DNA of 64,000 nucleotides from Parvibaculum sp. (GTDB lineage: Bacteria > Pseudomonadota > Alphaproteobacteria > Parvibaculales > Parvibaculaceae). Positions 12,607-22,263 of this stretch are shown one piece after another. Location of the stretch: NCBI RefSeq assembly GCF_049671045.1, contig NZ_JBATUH010000017.1:414-64413 (forward strand), in the 5' to 3' direction. Numbering within the stretch: the stretch's first letter is position 1; each line of letters opens with the position of its first letter. The notes beneath the pieces are model-generated. The model saw nothing but the letters and a program-made list of their open reading frames with translations, had not been told where the DNA came from and made no database searches. The position numbers were made by a program, and so were the translations under genes.

Positions 12607-13274
12607 TGCGCGCCTTTCTGAGCCTCATCCGGCGCGATACGAAACTCGCCATCCGCATCGGCGGCGGCGGCGGCATGGCGGTCTTCTTTTTCCTAGTCGT
12701 TATCTCCATCGTGCCGCTCGGCGTCGGGCCCAATCTGAAGCTGCTGGGGCAGATCGCGCCGGGCATGCTCTGGGTGGCGCTTCTGCTTTCGGCGCTGCTG
12801 ACGCTCGACCGGCTCTTTCAGGCCGATTTCGAGGATGGCTCGCTCGATGTGATGATGGCGGGCGCGCTGCCACTCGAATTCGTCGCCGCGGCGAAGGCGG
12901 TGAGCCACTGGCTCACCACGGGCGTGCCGCTCGTCATCGCGGCGCCGCTTCTCGGGCTTCTGCTCAATCTCGATGTCGCGGCCTTCTGGCCGCTGATCCT
13001 CGCCATGCTTGTCGGGACGCCCGCCTTGAGCTTTCTCGGCACGGTAGGGGCGGCGCTCACCGTCAGCGTCCGGCGCGGGGGACTTCTCGCCTCGCTTCTC
13101 GTCATTCCCTTCTATATCCCCGTCCTCATTTTCGGCGTCGGGGCGGCGGGCGGCGCGTCGGCGGTGGAGGGCGCGGGGCGGCAGAGCCTTCTCCTCCTTG
13201 CCGCGGTGGCGCTTGTGAGCCTCGTTCTCGGGCCGGTCGCCTCGGCGGCGGCGCTCAGGGCCAATCTCAGATGA
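12603..13274 (+). CDS. ccmB: Heme exporter protein CcmB
   Basis: 223-aa polytopic protein with ATGA overlap to ccmA. FQADFEDGSLD motif typical of CcmB. Confidence 0.9.
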   Translation: MMRAFLSLIRRDTKLAIRIGGGGGMAVFFFLVVISIVPLGVGPNLKLLGQIAPGMLWVALLLSALLTLDRLFQADFEDGSLDVMMAGALPLEFVAAAKAVSHWLTTGVPLVIAAPLLGLLLNLDVAAFWPLILAMLVGTPALSFLGTVGAALTVSVRRGGLLASLLVIPFYIPVLIFGVGAAGGASAVEGAGRQSLLLLAAVALVSLVLGPVASAAALRANLR

Positions 13275-13350
13275 AGGGCTCGCAAGAGCGCGCCATGCGC
13301 GGCAAAATGACCGCCGCCATCCCTTGCCCTTGGAAGGATAGGACAGCTAA

Positions 13351-14121
13351 ATGGCGGGCATGTCCGAGCTGACCGCGATCCAGAGGTTTCATGCCTTCGC
13401 CAATCCGGCGCGCTTCATGGCGCTGTCGGACAGGCTGATCCTGCCTTTCGGCCTCATCACGGCGGCGCTTCTCGCCGCCGGGGTCTATCTGTCGCTCTTC
13501 GTCGCGCCGCCCGACTACCAGCAGGGCGAGACGGTGCGGATCATGTACATCCATGTGCCCGCGGCCTGGCTCGCCATGTTCGGCTACATGACCATGGCGG
13601 GCGCATCGGCCGTGGCGCTCGTCTTCCGCCATCCCCTCGCCGATATGTGCGCGAAGTCGGCTGCGCCGCTCGGCGCCGCCTTCACCTTCCTCGCGCTCGT
13701 CACCGGCTCGCTCTGGGGCCGGCCCATGTGGGGCGCGTGGTGGGTGTGGGATGCGCGGCTCACCTCGATGCTGATCCTGCTCTTTCTCTATCTCGGCTAT
13801 ATGGCGCTCTGGGCGACGATCGAGGAGCCGGTCCGCGCCGGGCGCGCGGCGGCGGTGCTCGCGCTTGTCGGCTCGATCAACGTGCCGATCATTCATTACT
13901 CCGTCGTCTGGTGGAACACGCTGCACCAGCCGGCGAGCGTCTTCCGCATTGGCGGCCCGACGATCGCGACCTCGATGCTGGTGCCGCTCCTCGTGATGGC
14001 GCTCGGCTTCACCTTCTTCTTCGTGACGCTGCTTCTCGTCCGTATGCGTGCGGAAATTCTGAGACGGCGGGTCAGGGCGCTGCGCCTTGCGCGGACAGAG
14101 CCCGTGGGCGAGGAGGGCTAG
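13351..14121 (+). CDS. ccmC: Heme exporter protein CcmC
   Basis: Trp-rich WWD-type motif WGRPMWGAWWVWDARLTS, plus operon context. Confidence 0.9.
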   Translation: MAGMSELTAIQRFHAFANPARFMALSDRLILPFGLITAALLAAGVYLSLFVAPPDYQQGETVRIMYIHVPAAWLAMFGYMTMAGASAVALVFRHPLADMCAKSAAPLGAAFTFLALVTGSLWGRPMWGAWWVWDARLTSMLILLFLYLGYMALWATIEEPVRAGRAAAVLALVGSINVPIIHYSVVWWNTLHQPASVFRIGGPTIATSMLVPLLVMALGFTFFFVTLLLVRMRAEILRRRVRALRLARTEPVGEEG

Positions 14122-14124
14122 GCC

Positions 14125-14322
14125 ATGGCGGCGTTTCTCGACATGGGCGGCTATGCCGTTTTCATCTGGCCCTGCTATGCCATCGCGGCCATCGTCATGA
14201 TCGGGCTCGTGGTGCAGAGCCTCGCCGATCTCAGAGCGCAGCGGCGGCTGGTGAGCGAACTCGAAGCAGGTCAGCAGGTGCGTCCGCGCGCTCGCGCGCG
14301 CTCGGGGAGCGGCCGTCCATGA
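14125..14322 (+). CDS. ccmD: Heme exporter protein CcmD
   Basis: 65 aa with a single TM (YAVFIWPCYAIAAIVMIGLVV), between ccmC and ccmG. Confidence 0.8.
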   Translation: MAAFLDMGGYAVFIWPCYAIAAIVMIGLVVQSLADLRAQRRLVSELEAGQQVRPRARARSGSGRP

Positions 14323-14870
14323 GGCTTTCGGCGCTCATTCCGGCGGGGCTCTTCATTCTCGTCGCGGGCTTCTTTCTCATCGCCGTCTATCGCGGCGATC
14401 CCTCGCAAGTGCCTTCGGCGCTCATCGGGCGCCATGTGCCGGACTTCACGCTCGCGCCCGTCGAGGGGCTCGATCTTCCGGGGCTTGCGAGTGGCGATTT
14501 CGGGCAGGGCAAGCCCGCCATCGTCAATGTGTTCGCTTCATGGTGCGTGCCGTGCCGGCAGGAGCATCCCGTGCTCGTCGAGTTGAAGCGGATCGCCGGC
14601 GTGCCGCTCTATGCGATCAACTACAAGGACAACCCGGAAGCGGCGCGCCGCTTCCTTGGCGAGCTTGGCAATCCCTATGAGCGGATCGGTGCCGACCGGG
14701 CGGGCCGCACCTCGATAGACTGGGGTGTATATGGTGTGCCGGAGACCTACATCGTCGATGGCGAAGGGCGCATCGCTTACAAGCATGTAGGTCCGCTGAC
14801 GCCGCAGATCGTCAGCGAGAAAATTCTGCCGGCGCTCAAAGCCGCCCGCGTCGCGAAGGCGGGAGACTGA
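14319..14870 (+). CDS. ccmG: Thiol:disulfide oxidoreductase DsbE/CcmG
   Basis: ATG at 14319 overlaps the ccmD stop (ATGA). TM anchor plus thioredoxin motif WCVPC, and GVYGVPETYIVD. Confidence 0.9.
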   Translation: MRLSALIPAGLFILVAGFFLIAVYRGDPSQVPSALIGRHVPDFTLAPVEGLDLPGLASGDFGQGKPAIVNVFASWCVPCRQEHPVLVELKRIAGVPLYAINYKDNPEAARRFLGELGNPYERIGADRAGRTSIDWGVYGVPETYIVDGEGRIAYKHVGPLTPQIVSEKILPALKAARVAKAGD

Positions 14871-14888
14871 GCGCCGGCTCTTTCGATC

Positions 14889-15449
14889 TCAGGACGCCTT
14901 GCGACGCCCGCCCGCGGCGCGCTTCGCCGCCGCCGGAGCCTTGCGTGGCGCTGCCGCCTGCCGCTTTGCCTTCGGCGCCGCCGGCTTCTCCGCCGTCTTC
15001 AGCTGCTCGATCGCGCCGGCGAGACTGCTCAGGCCACGAAGCAGCTCGGTCTGCGCCGTCTTGGGCAACAGATCGAGCAGAGCCTTTTCCGCCTGAAGGG
15101 CGCGCGGCATCGCATTCGTCAGAGCGCGACGTCCCGCCGCCGTCAGACGCACGGCGTTGGCGCGCGCGTCTTCCGCGGTGCGCTTGCGGGCGAGAAGACC
15201 GTTGCCGATCATGCGGCTGATCATGTCCGCAAGCGTCGAGCGGTCGATGCCGGTTCTGTTGACGAGATCGGTCTGGCTCAGGCCCTCTTCCTCGTTCACC
15301 GCGAAGAGGACGATGAACTGGCGCGGCGTGATCGTGCTGGCGCCCATATGCTGGACGAACTGATCATAGGCAAACTGCTGGGCGCGCCGCAGAAGATGGC
15401 TGAGAGAACTCTCAAGCTCATAACTACCCGACGACTTTCTGGCTGCCAT
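14889..15449 (-). CDS. MarR family transcriptional regulator with a Lys/Ala/Pro-rich C-terminal tail
   Basis: Winged HTH (LSQTDLVNRTGIDRSTLADMISRMIGNGLLARKR). Start chosen at ATG 15449 (MAARKSS), with GGAGG ~9 nt upstream. The tail is KPAAPKAKRQAAAPRKAPAAAKRAAGGRRKAS. Confidence 0.85.
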   Translation of the reverse strand: MAARKSSGSYELESSLSHLLRRAQQFAYDQFVQHMGASTITPRQFIVLFAVNEEEGLSQTDLVNRTGIDRSTLADMISRMIGNGLLARKRTAEDARANAVRLTAAGRRALTNAMPRALQAEKALLDLLPKTAQTELLRGLSSLAGAIEQLKTAEKPAAPKAKRQAAAPRKAPAAAKRAAGGRRKAS

Positions 15450-15773
15450 TTTTGAGAACCTCCGGTACAAGTGCGGGAACCTCGTTCACTGGACCGGGTT
15501 CCATTCGCATGAAGAACAAGCCGCGCGGACTTCATTCGATCCTGCCGCTTCGTGGAGCCATGCCGTTGGCTCAATCCTGCGCGCAATAATATGCTCATAT
15601 GTACCCGACTAATGGCTTGATGCAAGAGGCGGCTGAGGTGCAAAAGGCGCATCGTGCTCTCCGATGTCGGAAGATGTCGGCCAATGCCGCGATTTGGACA
15701 TAATGTACGCTCAACACGGCGGGCCGACGGGCACATCCGGCTGAGTTCCGTGGACGGATCAAAGGAAAGTGAA

Positions 15774-16406
15774 ATGTCGGATTTTCCCGAAAAGGCCAGC
15801 CGCCCGGCGCCGCAGGGCGCCATGAAGCATCGCGAGCCGGGATCGGAACGCGAGATGCTCTTTGCGCGGCGTGTGCCAACCGGGGACAGCCAGCCGCGCG
15901 ACATCTGCGGGCATTGCGGCTTTATCCATTACGATAACCCCAAAATAGTCGTTGGCTCGGTCGTCACTCACACGACCGAGAGCGATGGCGAGCGCTTCCT
16001 GATGTGCCGGCGCGCCATCGAGCCGCGCAAGGGCTTCTGGACGCTGCCAGCCGGCTTCATGGAACATGGGGAGACGACGGAGGATGGCGCGCGGCGCGAG
16101 GCGAGGGAGGAGGCGAATGCCGACATCCGCATTCGCGACATGCTGGCGATCTACAACATTCCGCGCATCGGTCAGGTGCAGATCATGTATCGCGCCGAGC
16201 TCGCCTCGCCGAACTTCTCGGCAGGTCCCGAAAGTCTGGAGGTGGCGCTTTTCAAATGGGAGGACATCCCCTGGGGCGAGCTTGCTTTCCCCAGCGTCCA
16301 TTGGGCGCTCACTCAGTTTCGCGCCGCCGCCGGCCAGACGGTGATCGCGCCCTTCACCAATCCGGAAGGCGAAACCGGCGGAAGGTTTCCGCCGCGCGCG
16401 CCCTGA
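15774..16406 (+). CDS. NUDIX hydrolase with N-terminal zinc-ribbon-like CxxC
   Basis: Nudix box GFMEHGETTEDGARREAREEA, with CGHCGF upstream of it. ATG at 15774 is preceded by AAGGAAAG. Confidence 0.85.
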   Translation: MSDFPEKASRPAPQGAMKHREPGSEREMLFARRVPTGDSQPRDICGHCGFIHYDNPKIVVGSVVTHTTESDGERFLMCRRAIEPRKGFWTLPAGFMEHGETTEDGARREAREEANADIRIRDMLAIYNIPRIGQVQIMYRAELASPNFSAGPESLEVALFKWEDIPWGELAFPSVHWALTQFRAAAGQTVIAPFTNPEGETGGRFPPRAP

Positions 16407-16511
16407 ACTTCCCCAAAATATTCTGGCTCCGAAGCTCCGTTCACGGCATCCTCCCGCTCGGGCCGGTAGGGGCCGGCCCCGATATCGTTTGATGGCGGGG
16501 AGGGGAAGATC

Positions 16512-18173
16512 GTGGCGGAGAGCATCTTGTCGCGCGCGCGGGCTCGAGGAATGTCGCCGGAGGAGCGGAGGGTCGTCTTCGCCTCCTCGCTCGGCACGAT
16601 GTTCGAGTGGTACGACTTCTTCGTTTATGGCGCGCTCGCCGCCATCTTCTCCAGGCAGTTCTTCGCCGGGGTCAACGACACTGCAGCGTTCATTTTCGCG
16701 TTGCTGGTCTTTGCGGCCGGGTTTGCCGTCCGGCCGTTCGGCGCTCTCGTCTTCGGCCGGCTCGGCGATCTCGTCGGGCGCAAATACACCTTCCTCGTCA
16801 CCATCCTCATCATGGGTCTTTCGACCGTCTTTGTCGGCGTGCTGCCGACCTATGAGACGGCGGGGATTCTCGCGCCGATCGGTCTCGTGGCGCTCCGCAT
16901 GCTGCAGGGCCTTGCGATCGGCGGCGAGTATGGCGGGGCGGCCACCTATGTCGCCGAGCATGCGCCTGCCGGCAAGCGCGGCGCCTATACGTCCTGGATC
17001 CAGATGACGGCGACGGCCGGTCTCTTTCTCTCGCTGCTCGTCATTCTCGGCTGCCGTGCCGTCATCGCGCCCGATGCGTTCGACGACTGGGGCTGGCGTG
17101 TTCCGTTCCTCATGTCGGCGCTTCTTCTTGCCATATCGGTGTGGATACGGCTGAAGCTCGACGAGTCGCCCATCTTCAAGCGCATGCAGAAGGAGGGGAA
17201 GGGATCGAAGTCGCCGCTGCGCGATTCATTCGCCAGGTGGTCCAATCTCAAGATCGTGCTTCTGGCGCTGTTCGGCCTTTCCATGGGCGAGGCGGTGGTC
17301 TGGTACACGGGCCAGTTCTACGCCCTCATCTTCCTGACGCAGGTGCTCAAGGTCGAACCGCAGACCGCGAACATTCTCGTCGCTGGCGGGCTCGTGATCG
17401 GAACGCCCTTCTTCGTCATCTTCGGCTGGCTCTCCGATCATATCGGGCGCAAGCCGATCATCATGGCGGGATGCCTTCTCGCCGCGCTCACCTATTTCCC
17501 GATCTTCAAGGGGATCACCCATTACGCCAATCCGGCCCTCGAGCTTGCGCAGATGAGCGCGCCGGTAACGGTCGTCGCCGATCCGAAGGGATGCTCTTTC
17601 CAGTTCAATCCCGTCGGCACCGCCGCCTTCACCTCGTCCTGCGACGTCGCCAAGAGCGCCCTCGTCAAGCGCGGCGTGCCCTATGACAACGAGGCGGCGC
17701 CCGCGGGCGCGCCGACCGAGATCCATGTCGGTGGCGTCGTCATTCCCTCGTTCGATGCGAAGGGCGAGAACGCGAAGGCGGAGGCGGCCGCCTTCGAAGA
17801 GGCGCTCACAAGCGCGCTCGCGCAGGCGCGCTATCCCGCCAAGGCCGATCCCCAGCGCATCAACGAGGCGATGGTGATCCTTCTCATCGGCATTCTCGTC
17901 ATCTTCGGCGCGCTGACCTATGGGCCGATCGCGGCGATGCTGGTGGAGCTCTTTCCGGCGCGCATACGCTACTCGTCGCTTTCGCTTCCCTATCACATCG
18001 GCAATGGCTGGTTCGGCGGCTTCATGCCGCCCGTCGCCTTCGCCGTCATCGCGGCGACGGGGAACATGTATGACGGGCTCTGGTATCCGGTGATCATCGC
18101 CGCCGTGACCTTCGTCGTCGGCATGCTCTTCCTGCCCGAGACGAAGGATCGAAGCATCCATCACGAGGGCTGA
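16512..18173 (+). CDS. MFS transporter, metabolite:H+ symporter (MHS) family
   Basis: 553 aa. N-terminal motif LGTMFEWYDFFVYGALAAIF and GRLGDLVGRK are typical of MHS (ProP/KgtP-like) carriers. GTG start; the exact start is uncertain. Confidence 0.85.
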   Translation: MAESILSRARARGMSPEERRVVFASSLGTMFEWYDFFVYGALAAIFSRQFFAGVNDTAAFIFALLVFAAGFAVRPFGALVFGRLGDLVGRKYTFLVTILIMGLSTVFVGVLPTYETAGILAPIGLVALRMLQGLAIGGEYGGAATYVAEHAPAGKRGAYTSWIQMTATAGLFLSLLVILGCRAVIAPDAFDDWGWRVPFLMSALLLAISVWIRLKLDESPIFKRMQKEGKGSKSPLRDSFARWSNLKIVLLALFGLSMGEAVVWYTGQFYALIFLTQVLKVEPQTANILVAGGLVIGTPFFVIFGWLSDHIGRKPIIMAGCLLAALTYFPIFKGITHYANPALELAQMSAPVTVVADPKGCSFQFNPVGTAAFTSSCDVAKSALVKRGVPYDNEAAPAGAPTEIHVGGVVIPSFDAKGENAKAEAAAFEEALTSALAQARYPAKADPQRINEAMVILLIGILVIFGALTYGPIAAMLVELFPARIRYSSLSLPYHIGNGWFGGFMPPVAFAVIAATGNMYDGLWYPVIIAAVTFVVGMLFLPETKDRSIHHEG

Positions 18174-18174
18174 T

Positions 18175-18423
18175 GTGAAGCATGCGACGGCGGCAGCGCT
18201 CGATCATCTCGAACCGCTTCTCGTCTCGTTGCGGCAGATCGAGGGGCTGAGCGAGCGCTCGCGCGGTGTCTTCTACCGGAAGGGCAGGGCCTTCCTGCAT
18301 TTTCACGAGGACCCGGAAGGGCTTTTCGCCGATATGCGGGCGGAGGGCGATTTCGTGCGCCATCGCGTCTCGACCGTGGCGGAGCAGAAGCGGTTTCTCG
18401 CGGCGGTGAAAAAGAGCCTCTAG
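18175..18423 (+). CDS. Hypothetical 82-aa protein, apparently co-transcribed with the MFS transporter
   Basis: Starts 2 nt after the MFS stop codon (GTG start). Coding-like composition, but I recognise no family. Confidence 0.45.
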   Translation: MKHATAAALDHLEPLLVSLRQIEGLSERSRGVFYRKGRAFLHFHEDPEGLFADMRAEGDFVRHRVSTVAEQKRFLAAVKKSL

Positions 18424-19043
18424 TCGGCCGCGGGTGTTTCCGGCGCCTTTTCCGTTTCCGGCGCGGCGTATTTCCGGAAGACCGGAAGCTGCGTCATGGC
18501 GAAGGCCATGGTGAGCGGCATGATGCCGAAGAGCTTGAAGCCCGCCCAGAATTCGGTCGAGAAATTCCGCCAGACGATTTCGTTGATCGCCGCGAGGACG
18601 ATGAAGAAAAGACCCCAGCGGCGCGTCAGCACCATCCAGCCTTCGTCGGTGAGGTCGAGCGCGCCGTCGAAAAGCCGCTTTAGCAGCGGATAGCCCGCCC
18701 ATGACGCGCCGAGAAGCGCGCCCGCGAAAAGCAGGTTCACCAGGGTCGGCTTCACCTTGATGAAGGTCTCGTCGTGAAGAACGAGGGTCAGCGTGCCGAA
18801 GACGAGGACAAAGACGCCGGTGACGAGCGGCATGGTCGGAATCTTGCGGAAGCGCAGATAGGAATAGAGAAGCGAGGCCACTGTCGCGGCCATGAAGCCG
18901 CCCGTCGCGTAATAGATGTTGCCCGAGGCCGGGCCGCCGAAGATCGCGTCGGCGCGGGCGTTGAGAAGAAAGAAGACGGCGAGCGGACCCAGCTCCAGAA
19001 GCATGCGCAGGCCCTGACCGGCGGCTTTTCCATTCGCGCTCAT
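18420..19043 (-). CDS. yciB: Septation protein A (YciB/IspZ family)
   Basis: 207-aa inner-membrane protein. LLELGPLAVFFLLN...HDETFIKVKPTLVNLLFAG...WMVLTRRWGLFF is typical of the YciB family. Confidence 0.85.
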   Translation of the reverse strand: MSANGKAAGQGLRMLLELGPLAVFFLLNARADAIFGGPASGNIYYATGGFMAATVASLLYSYLRFRKIPTMPLVTGVFVLVFGTLTLVLHDETFIKVKPTLVNLLFAGALLGASWAGYPLLKRLFDGALDLTDEGWMVLTRRWGLFFIVLAAINEIVWRNFSTEFWAGFKLFGIMPLTMAFAMTQLPVFRKYAAPETEKAPETPAAD

Positions 19044-19047
19044 GCCG

Positions 19048-20001
19048 TCAGCTCGCTCCCGTTATCGCGCGGGCAAACGCATCCGCCTCGAAGGTCTGGA
19101 GATCGTCGATCTGCTCGCCCACGCCGATCATGTGGACGGGAAGCCCGAAGCGGCTCGCAATCGCGACGAGAATGCCGCCGCGCGCCGTGCCGTCGAGCTT
19201 CGTCATCACGAGGCCGGTGACATTGGCGATCTTGCCGAAGATCTCGACCTGGTTGACGGCATTCTGTCCGGTCGTCGCATCGAGGACGAGAAGCGTCGCA
19301 TGGGGCGTCTCGGGATCGAGCTTGCGCATGACGCGCACGATCTTCTCGAGTTCGGCCATGAGGTCGGTCTTGTTCTGGAGGCGGCCGGCCGTGTCGACGA
19401 GAAGGAGGTCCGTTCCTTCCTGCTTCGCGCGGGCAAGCGCCTCATAGGCGAGCCCGGCCGCGTCGCCGCCGACCTTGGTGGTGACGACAGGGGCGCCGAT
19501 GCGCTCGCCCCAGACCTTGAGCTGCTCGACGGCGGCGGCGCGGAACGTATCGCCTGCGGCGAGCATCACGCTCTTGCCGTCGCGTTTGGCGCGGGCGGCG
19601 ATCTTCGCCGCCGTCGTCGTCTTGCCGGCGCCATTGACGCCGACCATCAGCACGACGAAGGGTTTTTTCGTGGCGTCAATGACGAAGGGCTGTTCGACCG
19701 GCGCGAGAACCTTGGCGATCTCTTCGGCGAGGATCGTGCGGATTTCCTCCGGCGTCACTTCCTTGTTGTAGCGGTCGCGGCCGACAGCCTCGGTGATGGC
19801 AAGCGCGGTGTCGACGCCGAGATCGGCGGCGATGAGCAGCTCCTCCAGCTCGTCGAGCGTCGCCTGATCGAGCTTCCTCTTCGTGAAGATGCCGGTGATG
19901 CCGTCCGAAATGGTTCGCGTCGAGCGTGCGAGCCCTTCCTTCATCCGCTGAAAGAGGGAACGCTTCTTCTGCTGCTCCTGCACTTCGCCCGTCTCGTTCA
20001 T
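19048..20001 (-). CDS. ftsY: Signal recognition particle receptor FtsY (short form)
   Basis: NG domain with GVNGAGKTTT, DTAGR and TKLDGTARGG. ATG at 20001 overlaps the mtaB stop (ATGA); the listed ORF begins 9 nt upstream at a GTG. Confidence 0.9.
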   Translation of the reverse strand: MNETGEVQEQQKKRSLFQRMKEGLARSTRTISDGITGIFTKRKLDQATLDELEELLIAADLGVDTALAITEAVGRDRYNKEVTPEEIRTILAEEIAKVLAPVEQPFVIDATKKPFVVLMVGVNGAGKTTTAAKIAARAKRDGKSVMLAAGDTFRAAAVEQLKVWGERIGAPVVTTKVGGDAAGLAYEALARAKQEGTDLLLVDTAGRLQNKTDLMAELEKIVRVMRKLDPETPHATLLVLDATTGQNAVNQVEIFGKIANVTGLVMTKLDGTARGGILVAIASRFGLPVHMIGVGEQIDDLQTFEADAFARAITGAS

Positions 20002-21263
20002 GCCGCACACTGGCCCTGGAAGGAGACGCCATCATGGGCGGCGAGGCGGACGTCGAGGATCTCGCCCGGGCGCACGCTCGCATTGACGAGGTGAACGGGC
20101 GTGAACTGGTTCGTGCGGCCGAGCGTCTCGCTTTCCATGAGCACGGTCCGCGTCGTTCCGACGCCCTCCTCGAGGTGGAGGCGGACACGTTCGGCGCCCT
20201 TGGCACGCAGGCGCTCGGCGCGGGACTTGATGACGGCGCGATCGACCTGCGGCATGCGCGCGGCGGGCGTGCCGGGACGCGGCGAGAAGGGGAAGACGTG
20301 CAGCCAGGTGAGGCCGCATTCATCGACAAGGCGCAGCGTGTTCTCGAACATTTCCTCGGTCTCTGTCGGGAAGCCCGCGATGAAATCGGCGCCGAAGACG
20401 ATGTCGGGCCGGAGGCGGCGCGCCTCGATGCAGAAGCGGATCGAGTCCTCGCGCAGATGCCGGCGCTTCATGCGCTTCAGGATCATGTTGTCGCCCGACT
20501 GAAGCGAGAGATGGAGATGCGGCATAAGCCGCTCCTCGTCGGCGATGAGGCGCATGAGTTCGTCGTCGGCCTCGATCGAGTCGATCGAGGACAGCCTGAG
20601 CCGCTCGAGTTCCGGCACGAGCTTCAGGATGCGGCGGGCGAGATTGCCGAGGCTCGGATGGCCGGGAAGGTCGCTGCCATAGGAGGTGATGTCGACGCCG
20701 GTGAGCACGACTTCCTTGTAGCCCGCCTCGACGAGGGTGCGGACCTGCGCCACGACCTCGCCCGCGGCGACGCTTCGCGAATTGCCGCGGCCATAGGGAA
20801 TGATGCAGAAGGTGCAGCGATGGTCGCAGCCGTTCTGCACCTGCACGAAGGCGCGGGCGCGGCCTTCGAAACCGTGAACGAGATGGCCGGCCGTTTCGCG
20901 CACCGACATGATGTCGTTGACGATGACCTTTTCGTTCGAGTGGAGAGCGACGGCAGGCTGCCAGCTTTCGGCCTTCATCTTCTCGTCATTGCCGAGGACG
21001 AGATCGACCTCGGGCATCTGCGCGAATTCGGCGGGCGCGATCTGCGCCGCGCAGCCGGTGACAATGATGCGCGCTTCCGGGTGCTCGCGCCGCGCCTTGC
21101 GGATCGCCTGGCGCGCCTGGCGCACGGCTTCGTTCGTCACCGCGCAGGTGTTGAAGATGATCGCGCCTTCGAGCCCGGCCTTTTCGGCGTGTTCCTTCAT
21201 CACCTCGGATTCATAGGCGTTGAGGCGGCAGCCGAAGGTGACGACATCGGAAGGCTTCTTCAT
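19998..21263 (-). CDS. mtaB: MiaB-like radical-SAM tRNA methylthiotransferase (MtaB)
   Basis: N-terminal UPF0004-type domain (TFGCRLNAYES) and radical SAM motif CDHRCTFCIIP. Overlaps dapF upstream and ftsY downstream. Confidence 0.85.
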   Translation of the reverse strand: MKKPSDVVTFGCRLNAYESEVMKEHAEKAGLEGAIIFNTCAVTNEAVRQARQAIRKARREHPEARIIVTGCAAQIAPAEFAQMPEVDLVLGNDEKMKAESWQPAVALHSNEKVIVNDIMSVRETAGHLVHGFEGRARAFVQVQNGCDHRCTFCIIPYGRGNSRSVAAGEVVAQVRTLVEAGYKEVVLTGVDITSYGSDLPGHPSLGNLARRILKLVPELERLRLSSIDSIEADDELMRLIADEERLMPHLHLSLQSGDNMILKRMKRRHLREDSIRFCIEARRLRPDIVFGADFIAGFPTETEEMFENTLRLVDECGLTWLHVFPFSPRPGTPAARMPQVDRAVIKSRAERLRAKGAERVRLHLEEGVGTTRTVLMESETLGRTNQFTPVHLVNASVRPGEILDVRLAAHDGVSFQGQCAA

Positions 21264-22132
21264 GCCACGACTCCACCGGCGAGAAGGCGCGGATCGAGAT
21301 CGCCTTCAAACTCGAAGGTGACCGGGCCCGTCATGTAGACGTGATTGTCCGCCTCGCGCCATTCGATCTCGAGATCGCCGCCGGGAAGCGTGACCGTCAC
21401 CTTGCGCGCGGTGAGGCGCTTGCGGACACCGGCGACGGCAGCGGCGCAGGCGCCCGTTCCGCAGGCAAGCGTGAGCCCGGCGCCGCGCTCCCAGACGCGC
21501 AGCTTGATGTGATCGGGGGCGAGGACTTCCGCAACCGAGATGTTGGCCCGCTCGGGAAAGAGCGGATGGTTCTCGAGCATGGGGCCGATGCGCGCGAGGT
21601 CGATCGCGTCCGCATCCTTCACGAAGAAGATCGCGTGCGGATTGCCCATGCTGACGACGCCGGGCGAATGCATGACGGGATTGCCGAGCGGCCCGACCTC
21701 AAGCTCGATCGAGCGCGTATCGGCGAATTCCTCCGACAGCGGGATCTCGTTCCACTTCAGCCTCGGCTCGCCCATGTCGACGGTAATGCGCCCGTCGCCC
21801 GCATCGAAGCAGACGACCGGCCCCGACGGCGTCTCGAGGCGGATTTCCTTCCTGCCCGTTTCGTCCATGAGCAGCCGGCCGACGCAGCGCGTGGCATTGC
21901 CGCAGGCGCCGACCACCGAGCCGTCGGCATTGCGGATGCCCATATAGGCGTCGCCGTCGCCGCGAGGGCGCTCGATGGTGATGAGCTGGTCGCAGCCGAC
22001 GCCCTTTTCGCGGTCGGCGATGGCGCGGGTCTGCGTTTCGGAGAGGGCAAGCGGCGTCTCGCGGACGTCCAGCACGACGAAGTCGTTGCCGAGCCCGTTC
22101 ATCTTCCGGAAATGCGTGCGCGCCGTCACCAT
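21260..22132 (-). CDS. dapF: Diaminopimelate epimerase
   Basis: FRKMNGLGNDFVVLD..., with catalytic Cys contexts GACGNATRC and LACGTGACA. Confidence 0.95.
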   Translation of the reverse strand: MVTARTHFRKMNGLGNDFVVLDVRETPLALSETQTRAIADREKGVGCDQLITIERPRGDGDAYMGIRNADGSVVGACGNATRCVGRLLMDETGRKEIRLETPSGPVVCFDAGDGRITVDMGEPRLKWNEIPLSEEFADTRSIELEVGPLGNPVMHSPGVVSMGNPHAIFFVKDADAIDLARIGPMLENHPLFPERANISVAEVLAPDHIKLRVWERGAGLTLACGTGACAAAVAGVRKRLTARKVTVTLPGGDLEIEWREADNHVYMTGPVTFEFEGDLDPRLLAGGVVA

Positions 22133-22263
22133 GATGGCCGCTTATATGGCGCTTTTCGCCCCGAAATGCCAGTTGATTGCCGCTTTGTGGGCGGGCGCTC
22201 TGGCGGTTAGTGTCTCCCTGTTGCCACTTGATGATGCCACCGGGCTGCCAAAGGAGGAACGGC

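Noticed and set aside
13647-14318. Upstream part of the 407-aa ORF that ends as ccmG
   Set aside because: It is an out-of-frame overlap of ccmC and ccmD. CcmG starts at 14319 with an ATGA overlap to ccmD.
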